Notes: generated from the sequence alone by a model not told the origin. A stretch of 64,000 bases of DNA from an uncultured Bacteroidales bacterium (GCA_946186495.1 CAMHNQ010000002.1:28736-92735); one strand, 5' to 3'. Positions 34,091-43,980 are shown, counted from the stretch's first letter. Made by a program: numbers and translations.

Positions 34091-34903
34091 TTATTCGTTG
34101 TTGGGTTTGCGGGACACTCTTCTGCGTTTTCCGCCTTCGCGGTTGTCGTTGTTTTCTTCCTCGCCGGTTTCGTTGTCCATTTCAGCGATTTCCTCTTCCA
34201 TACGGTCCTTGTTCATCTCGCGTTCCGCTTGTCCTTCACGGATGGCGTCGCAGATGGCTTTGAGGACCACGGCGATAGACTTGGATGCGTCGTCATTGGC
34301 CGGGATGGGGTAATCGACGAGGTTGGGGTTGGAGTTGGTGTCCACGATGGCGAAGGTGGGGATGGCCAGTTTGCGGGCCTCAGCCAGGGCGATGTGCTCC
34401 TTCATGATATCCACGATGAAGACGGCTGCGGGGAGGCGGGACAGGTCGCTGATGGAGCCGAGGTTCTTTTCCAGTTTGGCGCGTTCGCGGCTGATTTGCA
34501 GGCGTTCGCGTTTGGAGATGTTCTGGAATTGGGGGCTTTCGATCAGGCGGTCGATGTCGCTCATCTTTTTGACAGCCTTGCGGATGGTGAAGAAGTTGGT
34601 GAGCATTCCGCCGGGCCAGCGCTCGGTCACGTAGGGCATGTTCACCTCTTTGACCATGGAGGCGACGGTTTCCTTGGCCTGCTTCTTGGTGGCCACGAAG
34701 AGGATTTTGCGGCCGGAGCGCGCGATGCTCTTGGCGGCGGAGCAAGCGTCCTCGATCTTGTCCATCGTCTTGTAAAGGTCGATGATGTGGATGCCATTCT
34801 TCTCCATGAAGATGTAGGGAGCCATGGCGGGGTTCCATTTTCTTTTCAGGTGTCCGAAGTGACAACCCGCTTCTAATAATTCTTCAAATTTTACGTTTGA
34901 CAT
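34091..34903 (-). CDS. rpsB: 30S ribosomal protein S2
   Basis: MSNVKFEELLEAGCHFGHLKRKWNPAMAPYIF... with an acidic C-terminal tail. Confidence 0.95.
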   Translation of the reverse strand: MSNVKFEELLEAGCHFGHLKRKWNPAMAPYIFMEKNGIHIIDLYKTMDKIEDACSAAKSIARSGRKILFVATKKQAKETVASMVKEVNMPYVTERWPGGMLTNFFTIRKAVKKMSDIDRLIESPQFQNISKRERLQISRERAKLEKNLGSISDLSRLPAAVFIVDIMKEHIALAEARKLAIPTFAIVDTNSNPNLVDYPIPANDDASKSIAVVLKAICDAIREGQAEREMNKDRMEEEIAEMDNETGEEENNDNREGGKRRRVSRKPNNE

Positions 34904-35007
34904 TTTCTTTTTTTTGTTTGTTTACATTCTTGAAAGCAACGGTGGAGTAGTCCTATGCGGGAATCTTCACCGTTTCGATACTAAACACTGTCCAAGCGGG
35001 ATTCCGA

Positions 35008-35394
35008 CTAACGTTTGGAGAATTGGAATCTCTTGCGGGCCTTGGGCTGACCGGGTTTCTTACGTTCCACCATACGCGGGTCGCGGCGCAGGAATCCTTG
35101 GGCTTTGAGGGCCGGGCGGAGTTCTGGGTCGATTTGGGTGAGTGCCTTGGCGATGGCCATGCGGAGGGCTTCGGCCTGGCCGGTCACGCCGCCGCCGTCC
35201 AGGTTGGCCTTGATGTCATACTGACCCATCAGGTTGGCCACTTGGAGGGGTTGTTCGACCTTGTACTGCAGGGTGGGAACGCAAAAATATTCCTTGTAAT
35301 CACGGTTGTTGACCATGATTTGGCCGCTGCCGGGTTTCATGTACAAACGTGCGACGGCGGTCTTTCTTCTGCCTAATGTATTGATTACTTCCAT
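35008..35394 (-). CDS. rpsI: 30S ribosomal protein S9
   Basis: GRRKTAVARLYMKPGSG...GGGVTGQAEALRMAIAKAL...RDPRMVERKKPGQPKARKRFQFSKR. Confidence 0.95.
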   Translation of the reverse strand: MEVINTLGRRKTAVARLYMKPGSGQIMVNNRDYKEYFCVPTLQYKVEQPLQVANLMGQYDIKANLDGGGVTGQAEALRMAIAKALTQIDPELRPALKAQGFLRRDPRMVERKKPGQPKARKRFQFSKR

Positions 35395-35395
35395 G

Positions 35396-35851
35396 TTACT
35401 TGATATCCTTAATGTTGATTACTTTGGGTTGTTGCGCTTCGTGCGGATGGTTGGGGCCCACATACACGCGGAGGTTGCGGAACAGCTGGGCACCGAGGCG
35501 GTTCTTCGGAAGCATGCCCTTGATGGCGTGTTCCAGTATGCGTCTCGGGTCCTTGCGCATCACCTCTCTCGGAGTGGCGAAGCGTTGTCCGCCAGGATAC
35601 GTGGTGTGGTGGACATACTGCTTGTCTGTCCACTTCTTGCCCGTGAACTTCACTTTCTCCGCGTTGATGATGATCACATTGTCGCCACAGTCGAAGTGAG
35701 GCGTGTAATAAGGCTTGTTCTTGCCTTTCAGTATGCGCGCCACCTGTGTGGCAAGGCGGCCCACAACCATCTCCTGGGCGTCAACGACCACCCATTCTTT
35801 CTTGACGATTTTCTCATTCGCCGAAATTGTCTTGTAACTTACTGCATCCAT
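35396..35851 (-). CDS. rplM: 50S ribosomal protein L13
   Basis: MDAVSYKTISANEKIVKKEWVVVDAQEMVVGRLATQVARILKGKNKPYYTPHFDCGDNVIIINAEK. The start is trimmed from the ORF-track position 35890 to ATG 35851. Confidence 0.95.
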   Translation of the reverse strand: MDAVSYKTISANEKIVKKEWVVVDAQEMVVGRLATQVARILKGKNKPYYTPHFDCGDNVIIINAEKVKFTGKKWTDKQYVHHTTYPGGQRFATPREVMRKDPRRILEHAIKGMLPKNRLGAQLFRNLRVYVGPNHPHEAQQPKVINIKDIK

Positions 35852-36041
35852 TTTTTCAGTTTCTCTTTTTTTTGTGAGAGACATCTTCACCCATATCTCT
35901 CTGATTCTTAACTTTTTTCCTTTGCTAACTTAAGGATAATAATCGAGTTTTTTTAAGCACGCAAAAATAGGCTTTTTTTTTATACGCCCGGCGGATGTTG
36001 AATTTTTTTTTGTCCCCTGCTGCGGATTCTGTAGTTTTTGC

Positions 36042-36049
36042 TATTTTTG
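36042..36049 (+). promoter_or_regulatory. Candidate -7 box (TATTTTTG) for cdd
   Basis: tatttttg lies 33 nt upstream of the ATG at 36082. Confidence 0.5.
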
Positions 36050-36081
36050 CGCCCGGAATGTAATTTGAAATCAGGAACTGT

Positions 36082-36570
36082 ATGCAGAAAATAACATTGA
36101 AAACCGAGATGCGTGTCTATGACAGCCGGGAGGAGCTTCCGGTGGACTTTCGCGACCTGCTACGCCATGCCGACGAGGCTGCCGCCCGCGCCTATGCGGA
36201 GTACTCCCACTTCCAGGTCGGAGCGGCCATTCTGATGAACAACGGCATGGTGGTCACCGGCGCCAATCAGGAGAACGCGGTTTACCCCTGTGGGCTGTGC
36301 GCCGAGCGCGTCGCGGCCTTCGCGGCCTCCTCCGCCTACCCGGAGGTCCCCTTCAATATGATCGCGGTCACCGCCATCAACCCCGTCGAACCCCTCCGGG
36401 AGCCTGTCGCCCCCTGTGGCAGCTGCAGGCAGGTGCTCTTCGAGTATGAGCAGAAGTTCGGCCATCCTATAGAGGTCCTCCTTGCTGGTCAGCAGGGACC
36501 CGTTTACCACCTGCAGAGCGTCGCCACCCTCTTGCCCTACACCTTCCATGCCGGATTCCTTCCCAAGTAG
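36082..36570 (+). CDS. cdd: Cytidine deaminase
   Basis: 162 aa. CAERVA (zinc-ligand and catalytic Glu context) and PCGSCRQ motif. Confidence 0.9.
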   Translation: MQKITLKTEMRVYDSREELPVDFRDLLRHADEAAARAYAEYSHFQVGAAILMNNGMVVTGANQENAVYPCGLCAERVAAFAASSAYPEVPFNMIAVTAINPVEPLREPVAPCGSCRQVLFEYEQKFGHPIEVLLAGQQGPVYHLQSVATLLPYTFHAGFLPK

Positions 36571-36683
36571 CGCTCCGGATGGCCTCGGCCGTGTCAGGCG
36601 TCTCCTCCATATAGCGGACTCGTACCTGTGTGGAAGAGTTTCTCCAGCCTTAAAAAACATGGAGCACTTTTCTGAAAAAGTTG

Positions 36684-36691
36684 TATTTTTG
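36684..36691 (+). promoter_or_regulatory. Candidate -7 box (TATTTTTG) for the 217-aa gene
   Basis: tatttttg lies 24 nt upstream of the ATG at 36715. Confidence 0.5.
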
Positions 36692-36714
36692 CCCGTTTGT
36701 TTTTAGATACCTGA

Positions 36715-37368
36715 ATGATGGAGAATCAGGCTACAAAGAAGGGAATTATCCTGCTGGTTGGGGTCGTCATCGGACTGCTGACGGGAGTGTTGGTCACATT
36801 CACCATGGTCAGCAAGCTCAACCAGAAATCCCGCGAGGAGGAGAATCCACCTCGTCAGGAGGCGGTTGCAAGCACCTCCGACACTATATATAAATATATT
36901 GTACACCGTTACGAGCCGGATGATGAGCAGATGGCGGTTGAAGCCGCGCCCGACTCTTTGTCGGTTGACTCCCTTTACATGGATGAACAGTATGCAGACC
37001 TCATGCTGGATGACGACGAGGAACGCGTCTATACGGAAATCCCAAGCGCCAGCGTCTCCGCCGACAGGATGGTCTCGCGCGAGGAAGCCCCTATCCTTTA
37101 CTTCGACGCGGGGAAAAACCCCGTCAAAGCCCCTGAAAACGCCCCGAAATTCCTCGAGGTGCAATTCTGGAGCACCCCCATCCGAAACAAAGTGGTCTAT
37201 ACCTTCAATGGCAGTGTCTTGAAAATAAAAGGGCTGAAGTCGGAAGATGTCTATGTGATACATTATAAGGACCATTACTATCTCCAATGCGAAAAACGTG
37301 TCTATCCGATTGAGTCAGGCGGCGACTACCAGCGGCTTACGGAGATACGCACGGAGTCCTTTATGTAG
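36715..37368 (+). CDS. Hypothetical membrane-anchored protein
   Basis: 217 aa. N-terminal TM helix GIILLVGVVIGLLTGVLVTFTMV, then an acidic linker and a globular C-terminal part. I recognise no family. Confidence 0.65.
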   Translation: MMENQATKKGIILLVGVVIGLLTGVLVTFTMVSKLNQKSREEENPPRQEAVASTSDTIYKYIVHRYEPDDEQMAVEAAPDSLSVDSLYMDEQYADLMLDDDEERVYTEIPSASVSADRMVSREEAPILYFDAGKNPVKAPENAPKFLEVQFWSTPIRNKVVYTFNGSVLKIKGLKSEDVYVIHYKDHYYLQCEKRVYPIESGGDYQRLTEIRTESFM

Positions 37369-37413
37369 AGACGATGTTTTTATAATTGTAATTAATTTTT
37401 ATCAACGATTGAC

Positions 37414-37995
37414 ATGAAAAAATTATGTATGTCCATGGCGATGCTCTGCATGATTCTGTGCGGATGCTCCCAAAACAAAAATCAGAAAGCAATGAGTGAG
37501 AATCAGAATGCGACTGTGGCAGAGACGCCACAAAAGAAAGCCCTGGTGATTTGTTTTTCCGCCTCGGGCGTGACGAAGGGCGTGGCCGGGCGGCTGGCCA
37601 AAGCGGCAGGAGCCGACTTCGTGGAGATTGTGCCCGAACAACGCTACACTGACGCCGACCTTGACTGGCGCGACAAGAATTCCCGGAGCTCCGTGGAGAT
37701 GAAGGACCCTGAATCCCGCCCCGCCATTGCCAACAAAATCGTCAACTTTGCGGACTACGAGACCGTTTATGTCGGTTTCCCGATCTGGTGGTACACCGCC
37801 CCGACCATCATCAACACCTTTTTTGAGTCCTACGACTTCACCGGAAAGACTGTGGTGCTGTTTGCCACTTCTGGAGGATCCGGTATTGACAAGGCACGTA
37901 AAGACTTGAGTGCCAAGTATCCCAATATCAAAATTGTGGATGCTAAACTTCTCAATTCCCCCACGGACGAGGACCTCGAGTCCCTTGTGAAATAA
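37414..37995 (+). CDS. Flavodoxin-fold protein with lipoprotein signal peptide
   Basis: [20 protein letters not shown] lipobox. [15 protein letters not shown]...[40 protein letters not shown] is a flavodoxin-like pattern. Confidence 0.8.
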   Translation: MKKLCMSMAMLCMILCGCSQNKNQKAMSENQNATVAETPQKKALVICFSASGVTKGVAGRLAKAAGADFVEIVPEQRYTDADLDWRDKNSRSSVEMKDPESRPAIANKIVNFADYETVYVGFPIWWYTAPTIINTFFESYDFTGKTVVLFATSGGSGIDKARKDLSAKYPNIKIVDAKLLNSPTDEDLESLVK

Positions 37996-38032
37996 AAAAA
38001 TAATTTTTTGGTCGAGTGAATGAAAAAAAGTG

Positions 38033-38040
38033 TATTTTTG
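38033..38040 (+). promoter_or_regulatory. Candidate -7 box (TATTTTTG) for tRNA-Val
   Basis: tatttttg lies 16 nt upstream of the first tRNA base. Confidence 0.55.
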
Positions 38041-38055
38041 CCGCCGAAAATACAC

Positions 38056-38130
38056 GGGACGTTAGCCCAGTCGGTTCAGAGCGCTGCCTTCACACGGCAG
38101 AGGTCACTGGTTCGAGTCCAGTACGTCCCA
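38056..38130 (+). tRNA. tRNA-Val (anticodon CAC)
   Basis: Acceptor stem GGGACGT/ACGTCCC plus discriminator A. Anticodon stem CTGCC/GGCAG with loop TTCACAC (anticodon CAC). T arm GGTTCGAGTCC. Confidence 0.9.
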
Positions 38131-38140
38131 CAGGTTTTAC

Positions 38141-38169
38141 AGAGCTGCCTTTCCAGGCAGCTCTTTTTT
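38141..38169 (+). terminator. Rho-independent terminator after tRNA-Val
   Basis: Perfect 9-bp stem agagctgcc/ggcagctct with a 6-nt loop, followed by a T run. Confidence 0.8.
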
Positions 38170-38216
38170 CTTCCCGCGACCGGTGTCCTTCATAGGCAAA
38201 CGAAAGGATAAATTTG

Positions 38217-38224
38217 TATCTTTG
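38217..38224 (+). promoter_or_regulatory. Candidate -7 box (TATCTTTG) for the GH3-family gene
   Basis: tatctttg lies 44 nt upstream of the ATG at 38268. Confidence 0.55.
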
Positions 38225-38267
38225 CCGCTCCAAAAGTGAGATATTTGAATCAATAGATACAGAGTTT

Positions 38268-39956
38268 ATGGAATTGAAACGTATGTTGGTGGCCAACGCT
38301 CTCTTGGGCTTAGCTGGCGGTATCCAGTACCGCAAATTGGTGAAGGCGGACCAGAATCCGCGCAAGGCAAGCGAGGCGACATTACGGGCCATCCTCACCT
38401 ATGCGAAAGACACGGTTTACGGCCAGGAACATGACTTCGGGTACATCTTGCAGGCTGCTGACGACAAGGAACTTTACAAACGGTATCAGGAGAAGGTGCG
38501 AGTGAATGATTACGAGGACCTTCGCCCGTATGTGGAGCGTCATAAGCATGGCGAGGCGGGGATTCTGTTCCCCGGGAAGCCGGTGCTCTACGCCACAACC
38601 TCCGGAACCACTTCCGAGCCGAAGTGGATTCCGATAACGCAAGAATATTTGAACAATGTCTACGGCAAAATGACCAAGGTGTGGCTCTACAACTTTATCA
38701 AGAACCGCCCGAAGGTCTTCAGCGGGAAAATCCTCTCTATCGTGGGCAAGGTCATCGAAGGATACGCCCCTGACGGCACGGTGTTCGGCTCCGTGTCCGG
38801 CGTCACACAGCGCGACTGCCCCGGCTTCGTGAAGGTGCTATATTCCAACCCGCAGTGCGTTTACAGCATCGCCGACTACAATGCGCGCTACTACGTGCTC
38901 ATGCGCATGGGCATAGAACAGGACGTCACCCTTATCGTCACCGCCAACCCGTCCACCATCGTGGAGCTGCAGAACAACGTCAACAAGTTCTACGACGATT
39001 ATGTGTCGGATATCGAGAACGGCACCCTGAACAGGGACCTCAACATCGCGCCGGAAATCCGCGCCGAGCTGGAGGCCTGCCTGAAGCCAAATCCCGCCCG
39101 TGCCGCCGAGCTCCGCGCCCTGAAGGCCAAGTACGGGACGGTCTTGCCAAAGCACTACTGGCCCAATTTCCAGCTGCTTAACACTTGGAAATGCGGCAAC
39201 ACCAAGGTCTATCTCGACAAGTTCAAGGACTCATTCCCGCCAGACACGCTGCACCAGGAGTTTGGTTACTTCAGCTCCGAGTGCCGTTTCGGACTGGTGC
39301 TCGACGACACCGTGAACACCGTGTTGTTCCCGCATTTCCATTACTATGAGTTCATCGGTGAGGACGACCTCGACAACCCGAATCCGACCTTCTTCCAACT
39401 GCACGAACTGAAGCAGGGGAAGCGTTATTGCCCGTTCGTCACCACGTTTGCCGGCCTTTACCGCTACAACATGAACGACCTGCTGGAGGTTGGCCCGAAT
39501 TTCCAGAACTCCCCGACCGTGCATTTGATCCAGAAGGTGAACGGGATTGTGACCATCACAGGGGAGAAGCTGCACGAGAGGCAGTTCATCGAGGCGGTGC
39601 GCGAGGCGGAAGTGGAGACCGGGCTCAAGACCCGCTTCTTTATCGGGTTCGCCGACCTGGGTACGCTGGGCTACAAGTTCTATTATGAGTTCGCAGACCA
39701 GGGCGTCACGCAGGATCAGGCCGAGAAGTTCACCGGGAAAGTTGACGAGATACTGAAGCGCATCAACGTGGAGTACAAGACCAAGCGAGACTCCCTGCGG
39801 CTGAAGCTTCCTGAAACCTTCCGGCTGATTCCCGAGTCTTTTGAGACGTTCAAGGCCCGTTGTATCGCCGAAGGCGCCCGCGACGGGCAGTTCAAACTCC
39901 AGCTGCTGCTGCAAGACGAAAAACGGCATGAGAAGTTCCGCGAACTCACCTTGTAG
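38268..39956 (+). CDS. GH3 (auxin-responsive promoter family) acyl-adenylate-forming enzyme homolog
   Basis: MELKRMLVANALL.... ATTSGTTSEPKWIPIT is the adenylation P-loop-like motif, with YRYNMNDLLEV and GEKLHE blocks, as in bacterial GH3-family proteins. Confidence 0.85.
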   Translation: MELKRMLVANALLGLAGGIQYRKLVKADQNPRKASEATLRAILTYAKDTVYGQEHDFGYILQAADDKELYKRYQEKVRVNDYEDLRPYVERHKHGEAGILFPGKPVLYATTSGTTSEPKWIPITQEYLNNVYGKMTKVWLYNFIKNRPKVFSGKILSIVGKVIEGYAPDGTVFGSVSGVTQRDCPGFVKVLYSNPQCVYSIADYNARYYVLMRMGIEQDVTLIVTANPSTIVELQNNVNKFYDDYVSDIENGTLNRDLNIAPEIRAELEACLKPNPARAAELRALKAKYGTVLPKHYWPNFQLLNTWKCGNTKVYLDKFKDSFPPDTLHQEFGYFSSECRFGLVLDDTVNTVLFPHFHYYEFIGEDDLDNPNPTFFQLHELKQGKRYCPFVTTFAGLYRYNMNDLLEVGPNFQNSPTVHLIQKVNGIVTITGEKLHERQFIEAVREAEVETGLKTRFFIGFADLGTLGYKFYYEFADQGVTQDQAEKFTGKVDEILKRINVEYKTKRDSLRLKLPETFRLIPESFETFKARCIAEGARDGQFKLQLLLQDEKRHEKFRELTL

Positions 39957-39996
39957 GAGGGAATCAGGAGTTACATACAGCACCGGACATGACCTG

Positions 39997-40605
39997 ATGT
40001 GCGGAGAGTGGAACATGTGCGCCATGACAGTCAGAGCCGTTATCTTTGATTTGGACGGGACCTTGTACAACAAGTCCGGGCTGGCCTGGCGTTTGGCGCT
40101 GTCGCAGGGACTCAGGGGCAATTTGCGGCTGTTGAAGCGCGAGCGCGAGGTCCGGAAGAGACTGAAAGGGGTGGATTTCGGGGACGAGGCCCGTTTCCGC
40201 GAGGCCTTTTTCGGGGCATTCGGGAACCCGCGTGCCCAGGAGTGGTATGACGGCCAGTACATGCCCGATATGGTGCGGATTCTGCGCGGACATTACCGTA
40301 TTGCGCCATGGGTGGAGCCCCGGGTCCGGCAACTGCGCGCTGCCGGTGTCAAGGTGGCGGTGTTCTCTGACTATGGCTGCGTGGCCGGGAAGCTGGAGGC
40401 CATCGGGTTCGACCCGGCATGGGCCGACCTGATTGCGGACGCCCCTTCGTTGGGCGGTCTCAAACCCTCCAAGGCCTCGTTCGAGCGGCTTTGCGGGCGC
40501 TTGCAGGTCTCCCCGGGCGAGTGCCTGATGGTGGGCGACCGCGACGACACCGACGGGGAGGGCGCCCGTGCCGCCGGGATGCTGTTTGAACTGCTGAAAA
40601 GCTAA
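39997..40605 (+). CDS. HAD-superfamily hydrolase (start ambiguous: ATG 39997, 40015 or 40024)
   Basis: AVIFDLDGTLYNK (motif I DxDGT). GDRDDTDGEGARAAG (motif IV-like). Confidence 0.8.
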   Translation: MCGEWNMCAMTVRAVIFDLDGTLYNKSGLAWRLALSQGLRGNLRLLKREREVRKRLKGVDFGDEARFREAFFGAFGNPRAQEWYDGQYMPDMVRILRGHYRIAPWVEPRVRQLRAAGVKVAVFSDYGCVAGKLEAIGFDPAWADLIADAPSLGGLKPSKASFERLCGRLQVSPGECLMVGDRDDTDGEGARAAGMLFELLKS

Positions 40606-40652
40606 AGCACAAGGCGTGACCCCCACGTCCCTAATCACATAAAAGGAATCAC

Positions 40653-42638
40653 ATGAAAAAGTCGCAATTAGTTCAGAAAGACCCCTATTTGAAGCCGTTC
40701 GGCGAGGCGTTGCAGAAGCGTATGGAGCGCGCCGAGCTGCGGGAGCTGCAACTTACCGACGGCAGGGTGCCGTTGTCGGAGATAGCCAACGGCCATCTCT
40801 ATTACGGGCTGCACAGGACGGCCACGGGTTGGGTGTTCCGCGAAAAGGCCCCGAATGCCACCGCCCTCTACCTTTACGGGGATTTCACCAACTGGAAAAT
40901 CGAACCCCATTTCGCTCTGCACCCACTCGGCAATGGCGACTGGGAAATCGAAATCCCCGATTATGCCCTGCGGAATGAGATGCTCTACAAACTTTGGATG
41001 GTATGGCCGTCTGGGGCGGACGAGCGGTTGCCCGCCTATGCACAGCGGGTTGTCCAAGATGAGGTGACCAAGGTCTTCTGCGCCCAGGTCTGGGAACCGG
41101 AACCCTACGTCTGGAAGCACAACGCCCCGCCGAAACCGTCACACCCGCTCATTTACGAAGCGCACATCGGCATGTCGTCACAGGAAGCCAAAATTTCCAG
41201 CTACTGGGAGTTCAAGACAACGGTGCTGCCGAGAATTAAAGAGTTGGGGTACAATACTATACAGCTTATGGCTGTCCAAGAGCATCCTTATTACGGCTCT
41301 TTCGGCTACCAAGTCTCCAACTTCTTCGCCCCGTCGTCAAGGTTCGGGACACCGGAAGAACTCGCGGAACTCATTGACGAGGCGCATGGAATGGGGATTT
41401 CCGTCGTCCTTGACCTGATCCATTCCCATGCAGTGAAGAACGAAAGGGAAGGGATTGCCCGCTTCGATGGAAGCGACTACCTCTACACCCATCACGGCGA
41501 GCGGGGACACCACAAGGTGTGGGATTCCTCCTGCTTCGACTATGGGAAGCCGGAGACCATCATTTTCCTGCTTTCCAACCTCAAGTACTGGCTCCAGAAG
41601 TTCCGCTTCGACGGTTTCCGCTTCGACGGGGTGACGAGCATGTGCTACCTGGATCACGGCATAGGGGTCGATTTCCTGGATTACGGGCAATATTTTGACG
41701 GAAACGTGGATGAGGATGCGCTCACCTACCTCACGTTGGCCAACAAACTTGTGCGGGAGTTGAACCCTGGCGCCATGACCATCGCAGAGGATGTGAGCGG
41801 GATGCCCGGCATGGCCTTCCCTGTTGAGCAGGGAGGGGTCGGCTTCGACTTCCGCATGTCCATGGGAATCGCTGATTTCTGGGTGAAAACCCTGAAAACC
41901 CAGTCGGACGACGACTGGAGTGTTGGGGAAATCTACCACCGGATGACGGACAAGCGCGCGGAGGAACTCACCATCAGTTATGCAGAGTGTCATGACCAAG
42001 CTCTGGTTGGTGACAAAACGATGATATTCAGGATGATAGATAGCAAGATGTATGATTCCATGTCGGTGTTCATGCCAGACATGACGGTGGACAGGGGAGT
42101 GGCTCTGCACAAGCTGATCCGTTTGGTGACGCTGACCCTCTGTTCCGGGGGCTATCTGAACTTCATGGGCAACGAGTTCGGGCATCCGGAGTGGATCGAT
42201 TTCCCGCGCGAGGGTAACGGTTGGTCGTGTCACCATGCCCGCCGCCAGTGGAATCTGGCTGATGACAATTCGTTGAAATACAGTGGACTGAACCGGTTTG
42301 ACCACGACATGATTCATTGTGTCACGGAGACTGGCATGCTGGCGTTTGCCCCGGAACCGTTATGCCGGAACGAGGGCGACAAAGTGCTGGCCTTCCGCCG
42401 TGGGGAGTGCGTGGTGGTTTTCAACTTCCATCCCACGAAAGCCTATACGGACTATGCAATCGGCTGTCCGGCTGGTAAATACGGGATAGTCCTCAGCAGC
42501 GACGCGCCACAGTACCACGGTTTCGGGAATGTGGCCGAGACGGTTTCCCATTTCACGATGCCCTATAGCGGTTATGACCGCCTGTTGCTCTACCTTCCGC
42601 CGCGTACGGCAATGGTACTTGCCCGCCAAAAGGGGTGA
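40653..42638 (+). CDS. glgB: 1,4-alpha-glucan branching enzyme (GH13 with N-terminal CBM48-like domain)
   Basis: 661 aa. GFRFDGVTSM and AECHDQALVGDKT with GH13 conserved regions. The layout is the eukaryote-like branching enzyme typical of Bacteroidota. Confidence 0.85.
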   Translation: MKKSQLVQKDPYLKPFGEALQKRMERAELRELQLTDGRVPLSEIANGHLYYGLHRTATGWVFREKAPNATALYLYGDFTNWKIEPHFALHPLGNGDWEIEIPDYALRNEMLYKLWMVWPSGADERLPAYAQRVVQDEVTKVFCAQVWEPEPYVWKHNAPPKPSHPLIYEAHIGMSSQEAKISSYWEFKTTVLPRIKELGYNTIQLMAVQEHPYYGSFGYQVSNFFAPSSRFGTPEELAELIDEAHGMGISVVLDLIHSHAVKNEREGIARFDGSDYLYTHHGERGHHKVWDSSCFDYGKPETIIFLLSNLKYWLQKFRFDGFRFDGVTSMCYLDHGIGVDFLDYGQYFDGNVDEDALTYLTLANKLVRELNPGAMTIAEDVSGMPGMAFPVEQGGVGFDFRMSMGIADFWVKTLKTQSDDDWSVGEIYHRMTDKRAEELTISYAECHDQALVGDKTMIFRMIDSKMYDSMSVFMPDMTVDRGVALHKLIRLVTLTLCSGGYLNFMGNEFGHPEWIDFPREGNGWSCHHARRQWNLADDNSLKYSGLNRFDHDMIHCVTETGMLAFAPEPLCRNEGDKVLAFRRGECVVVFNFHPTKAYTDYAIGCPAGKYGIVLSSDAPQYHGFGNVAETVSHFTMPYSGYDRLLLYLPPRTAMVLARQKG

Positions 42639-42661
42639 GCTTTAGCGGCACTCTCCCAGCG

Positions 42662-43303
42662 CTATTTCCGTCCGAAGTCGGCAGGGATTTCCCCCCACAG
42701 CGGCGTGTTCCATTTGTAGATGGGGGTGCTGTATTCGTTGTTCCTCAGCCACTGCTCGGCGCGGTCCAGCAGGATCAGGACCTCCTCGTTGTCCTCGCGG
42801 GGCAGAATCACGGAGTTGTGTTTCTTCTTGCGCACCCATGACAGGGCGGTCATGCTGTCGGTGTAGATCGGGATGTCGTAGCCTTTCTGCTTGATGAGGG
42901 CGAGGCCGTGCACGATGGCCAGAAATTCGCCCACGTTGTTGGTGGCGTGCGGGAACGGCCCCTTGTGGAACCACTCCTGGCCGGTCTCGGTATAGACCCC
43001 CCGATACTCCATCACCTTCGTCACGGAGTTCCACGCCGCGTCCACGGAAAGACTCCGCAAGATGGGTTTCTGCTGGTCCTGTAGCAGAAGCAACTGTTTC
43101 GCGGAATTGTTCGGGGATGGATTCTCCTTGTAGAACTTCTTGTAACCCTGCGTGAAAGCCGCCATCGCGTCAGCGCGGCTCTCAAACGACTTGTACTTGG
43201 CGTTCTCGAATTGATGGACTTGTTGCTTGCAGTCGTTCCAGTTGTCGTAAACCCCAGGAATCACCCCTTCCCACACCACATAGTATTTTTGTTGCTTTGC
43301 CAT
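42662..43303 (-). CDS. rnhA: Ribonuclease H1 with N-terminal hybrid-binding domain
   Basis: MAKQQKYYVVWEGVIPGVYDNWNDCKQQVHQFENAKYKSFESRADAMAAF (RNase H1 N-terminal domain). SVDAAWN..NNVGEFLAIVHGL..IYTDSMTA (RNase H core). The start is trimmed to ATG 43303. Confidence 0.85.
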   Translation of the reverse strand: MAKQQKYYVVWEGVIPGVYDNWNDCKQQVHQFENAKYKSFESRADAMAAFTQGYKKFYKENPSPNNSAKQLLLLQDQQKPILRSLSVDAAWNSVTKVMEYRGVYTETGQEWFHKGPFPHATNNVGEFLAIVHGLALIKQKGYDIPIYTDSMTALSWVRKKKHNSVILPREDNEEVLILLDRAEQWLRNNEYSTPIYKWNTPLWGEIPADFGRK

Positions 43304-43352
43304 CTTAAAAATGTTATTTTTGCCGTTACTTTTTTTCGTTTTTTTGGAATGG

Positions 43353-43360
43353 CAAAGGTA
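43353..43360 (-). promoter_or_regulatory. Candidate -7 box (TACCTTTG) for the RNase H gene
   Basis: Reverse complement of caaaggta. It lies 50 nt upstream of the ATG at 43303. Confidence 0.5.
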
Positions 43361-43461
43361 CACAAATTTCGAATACGGAAAAAGGCAACGGAAGAGAAGC
43401 GAATCAGCATGTTGTTGCTGTGTAAATTATTGACAATAAAACAATTAAAATAGCAATTAGT

Positions 43462-43980
43462 ATGAAGAAGATAGATTTTCAACGAGGGACTTGTGCGGTT
43501 TTCACTGCGGTCTTTCTGCTTTTTGGCATCGCTGCGTGCGACAGCTTGTCCAACCGGCGCGGCGGCAACAACATTCAGGAGGTGCGCCATGAGTTCCCGA
43601 ACACCAACTGGGCTTTCGAGGAAGAGGTGTTGGACTTCAACTTTACCATCGAGGACACCGCCAAATACTATGACGTGTCCGTCGCATTGGTTTACGACAC
43701 CACCGTGGCCGTCTTGCATGACATCCCGCTCTCCCTCACCTTGAGCACCCCTGACGGCATGAAGTCGTTCTCCTCCAGCCATTTCCTGCTCAACCGGAAA
43801 GAGAACCCGGATATTAAGCCCACGGGAGACGGCAACAACGCGGAAATCGACGTGGTCGTTTATCCTCGGCGCAAGTTCAAAGTCCCAGGCACCTACACCC
43901 TCACCCTCTATCGCCGCGCCGACAAAGCCGACAATTTCGGTTTCGTCAGTTTGAGCGCGAAGGTCCGAACCGTCAAATAG
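43462..43980 (+). CDS. GldH-like lipoprotein
   Basis: Lipoprotein signal ..LLFGIAAC. FPNTNWAFEEEVLDFNFTIEDTAKYYDV... and ...FKVPGTYTLTLYRRADKADNFGFVSLSAKV follow the GldH family pattern as I recall it. Confidence 0.55.
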   Translation: MKKIDFQRGTCAVFTAVFLLFGIAACDSLSNRRGGNNIQEVRHEFPNTNWAFEEEVLDFNFTIEDTAKYYDVSVALVYDTTVAVLHDIPLSLTLSTPDGMKSFSSSHFLLNRKENPDIKPTGDGNNAEIDVVVYPRRKFKVPGTYTLTLYRRADKADNFGFVSLSAKVRTVK

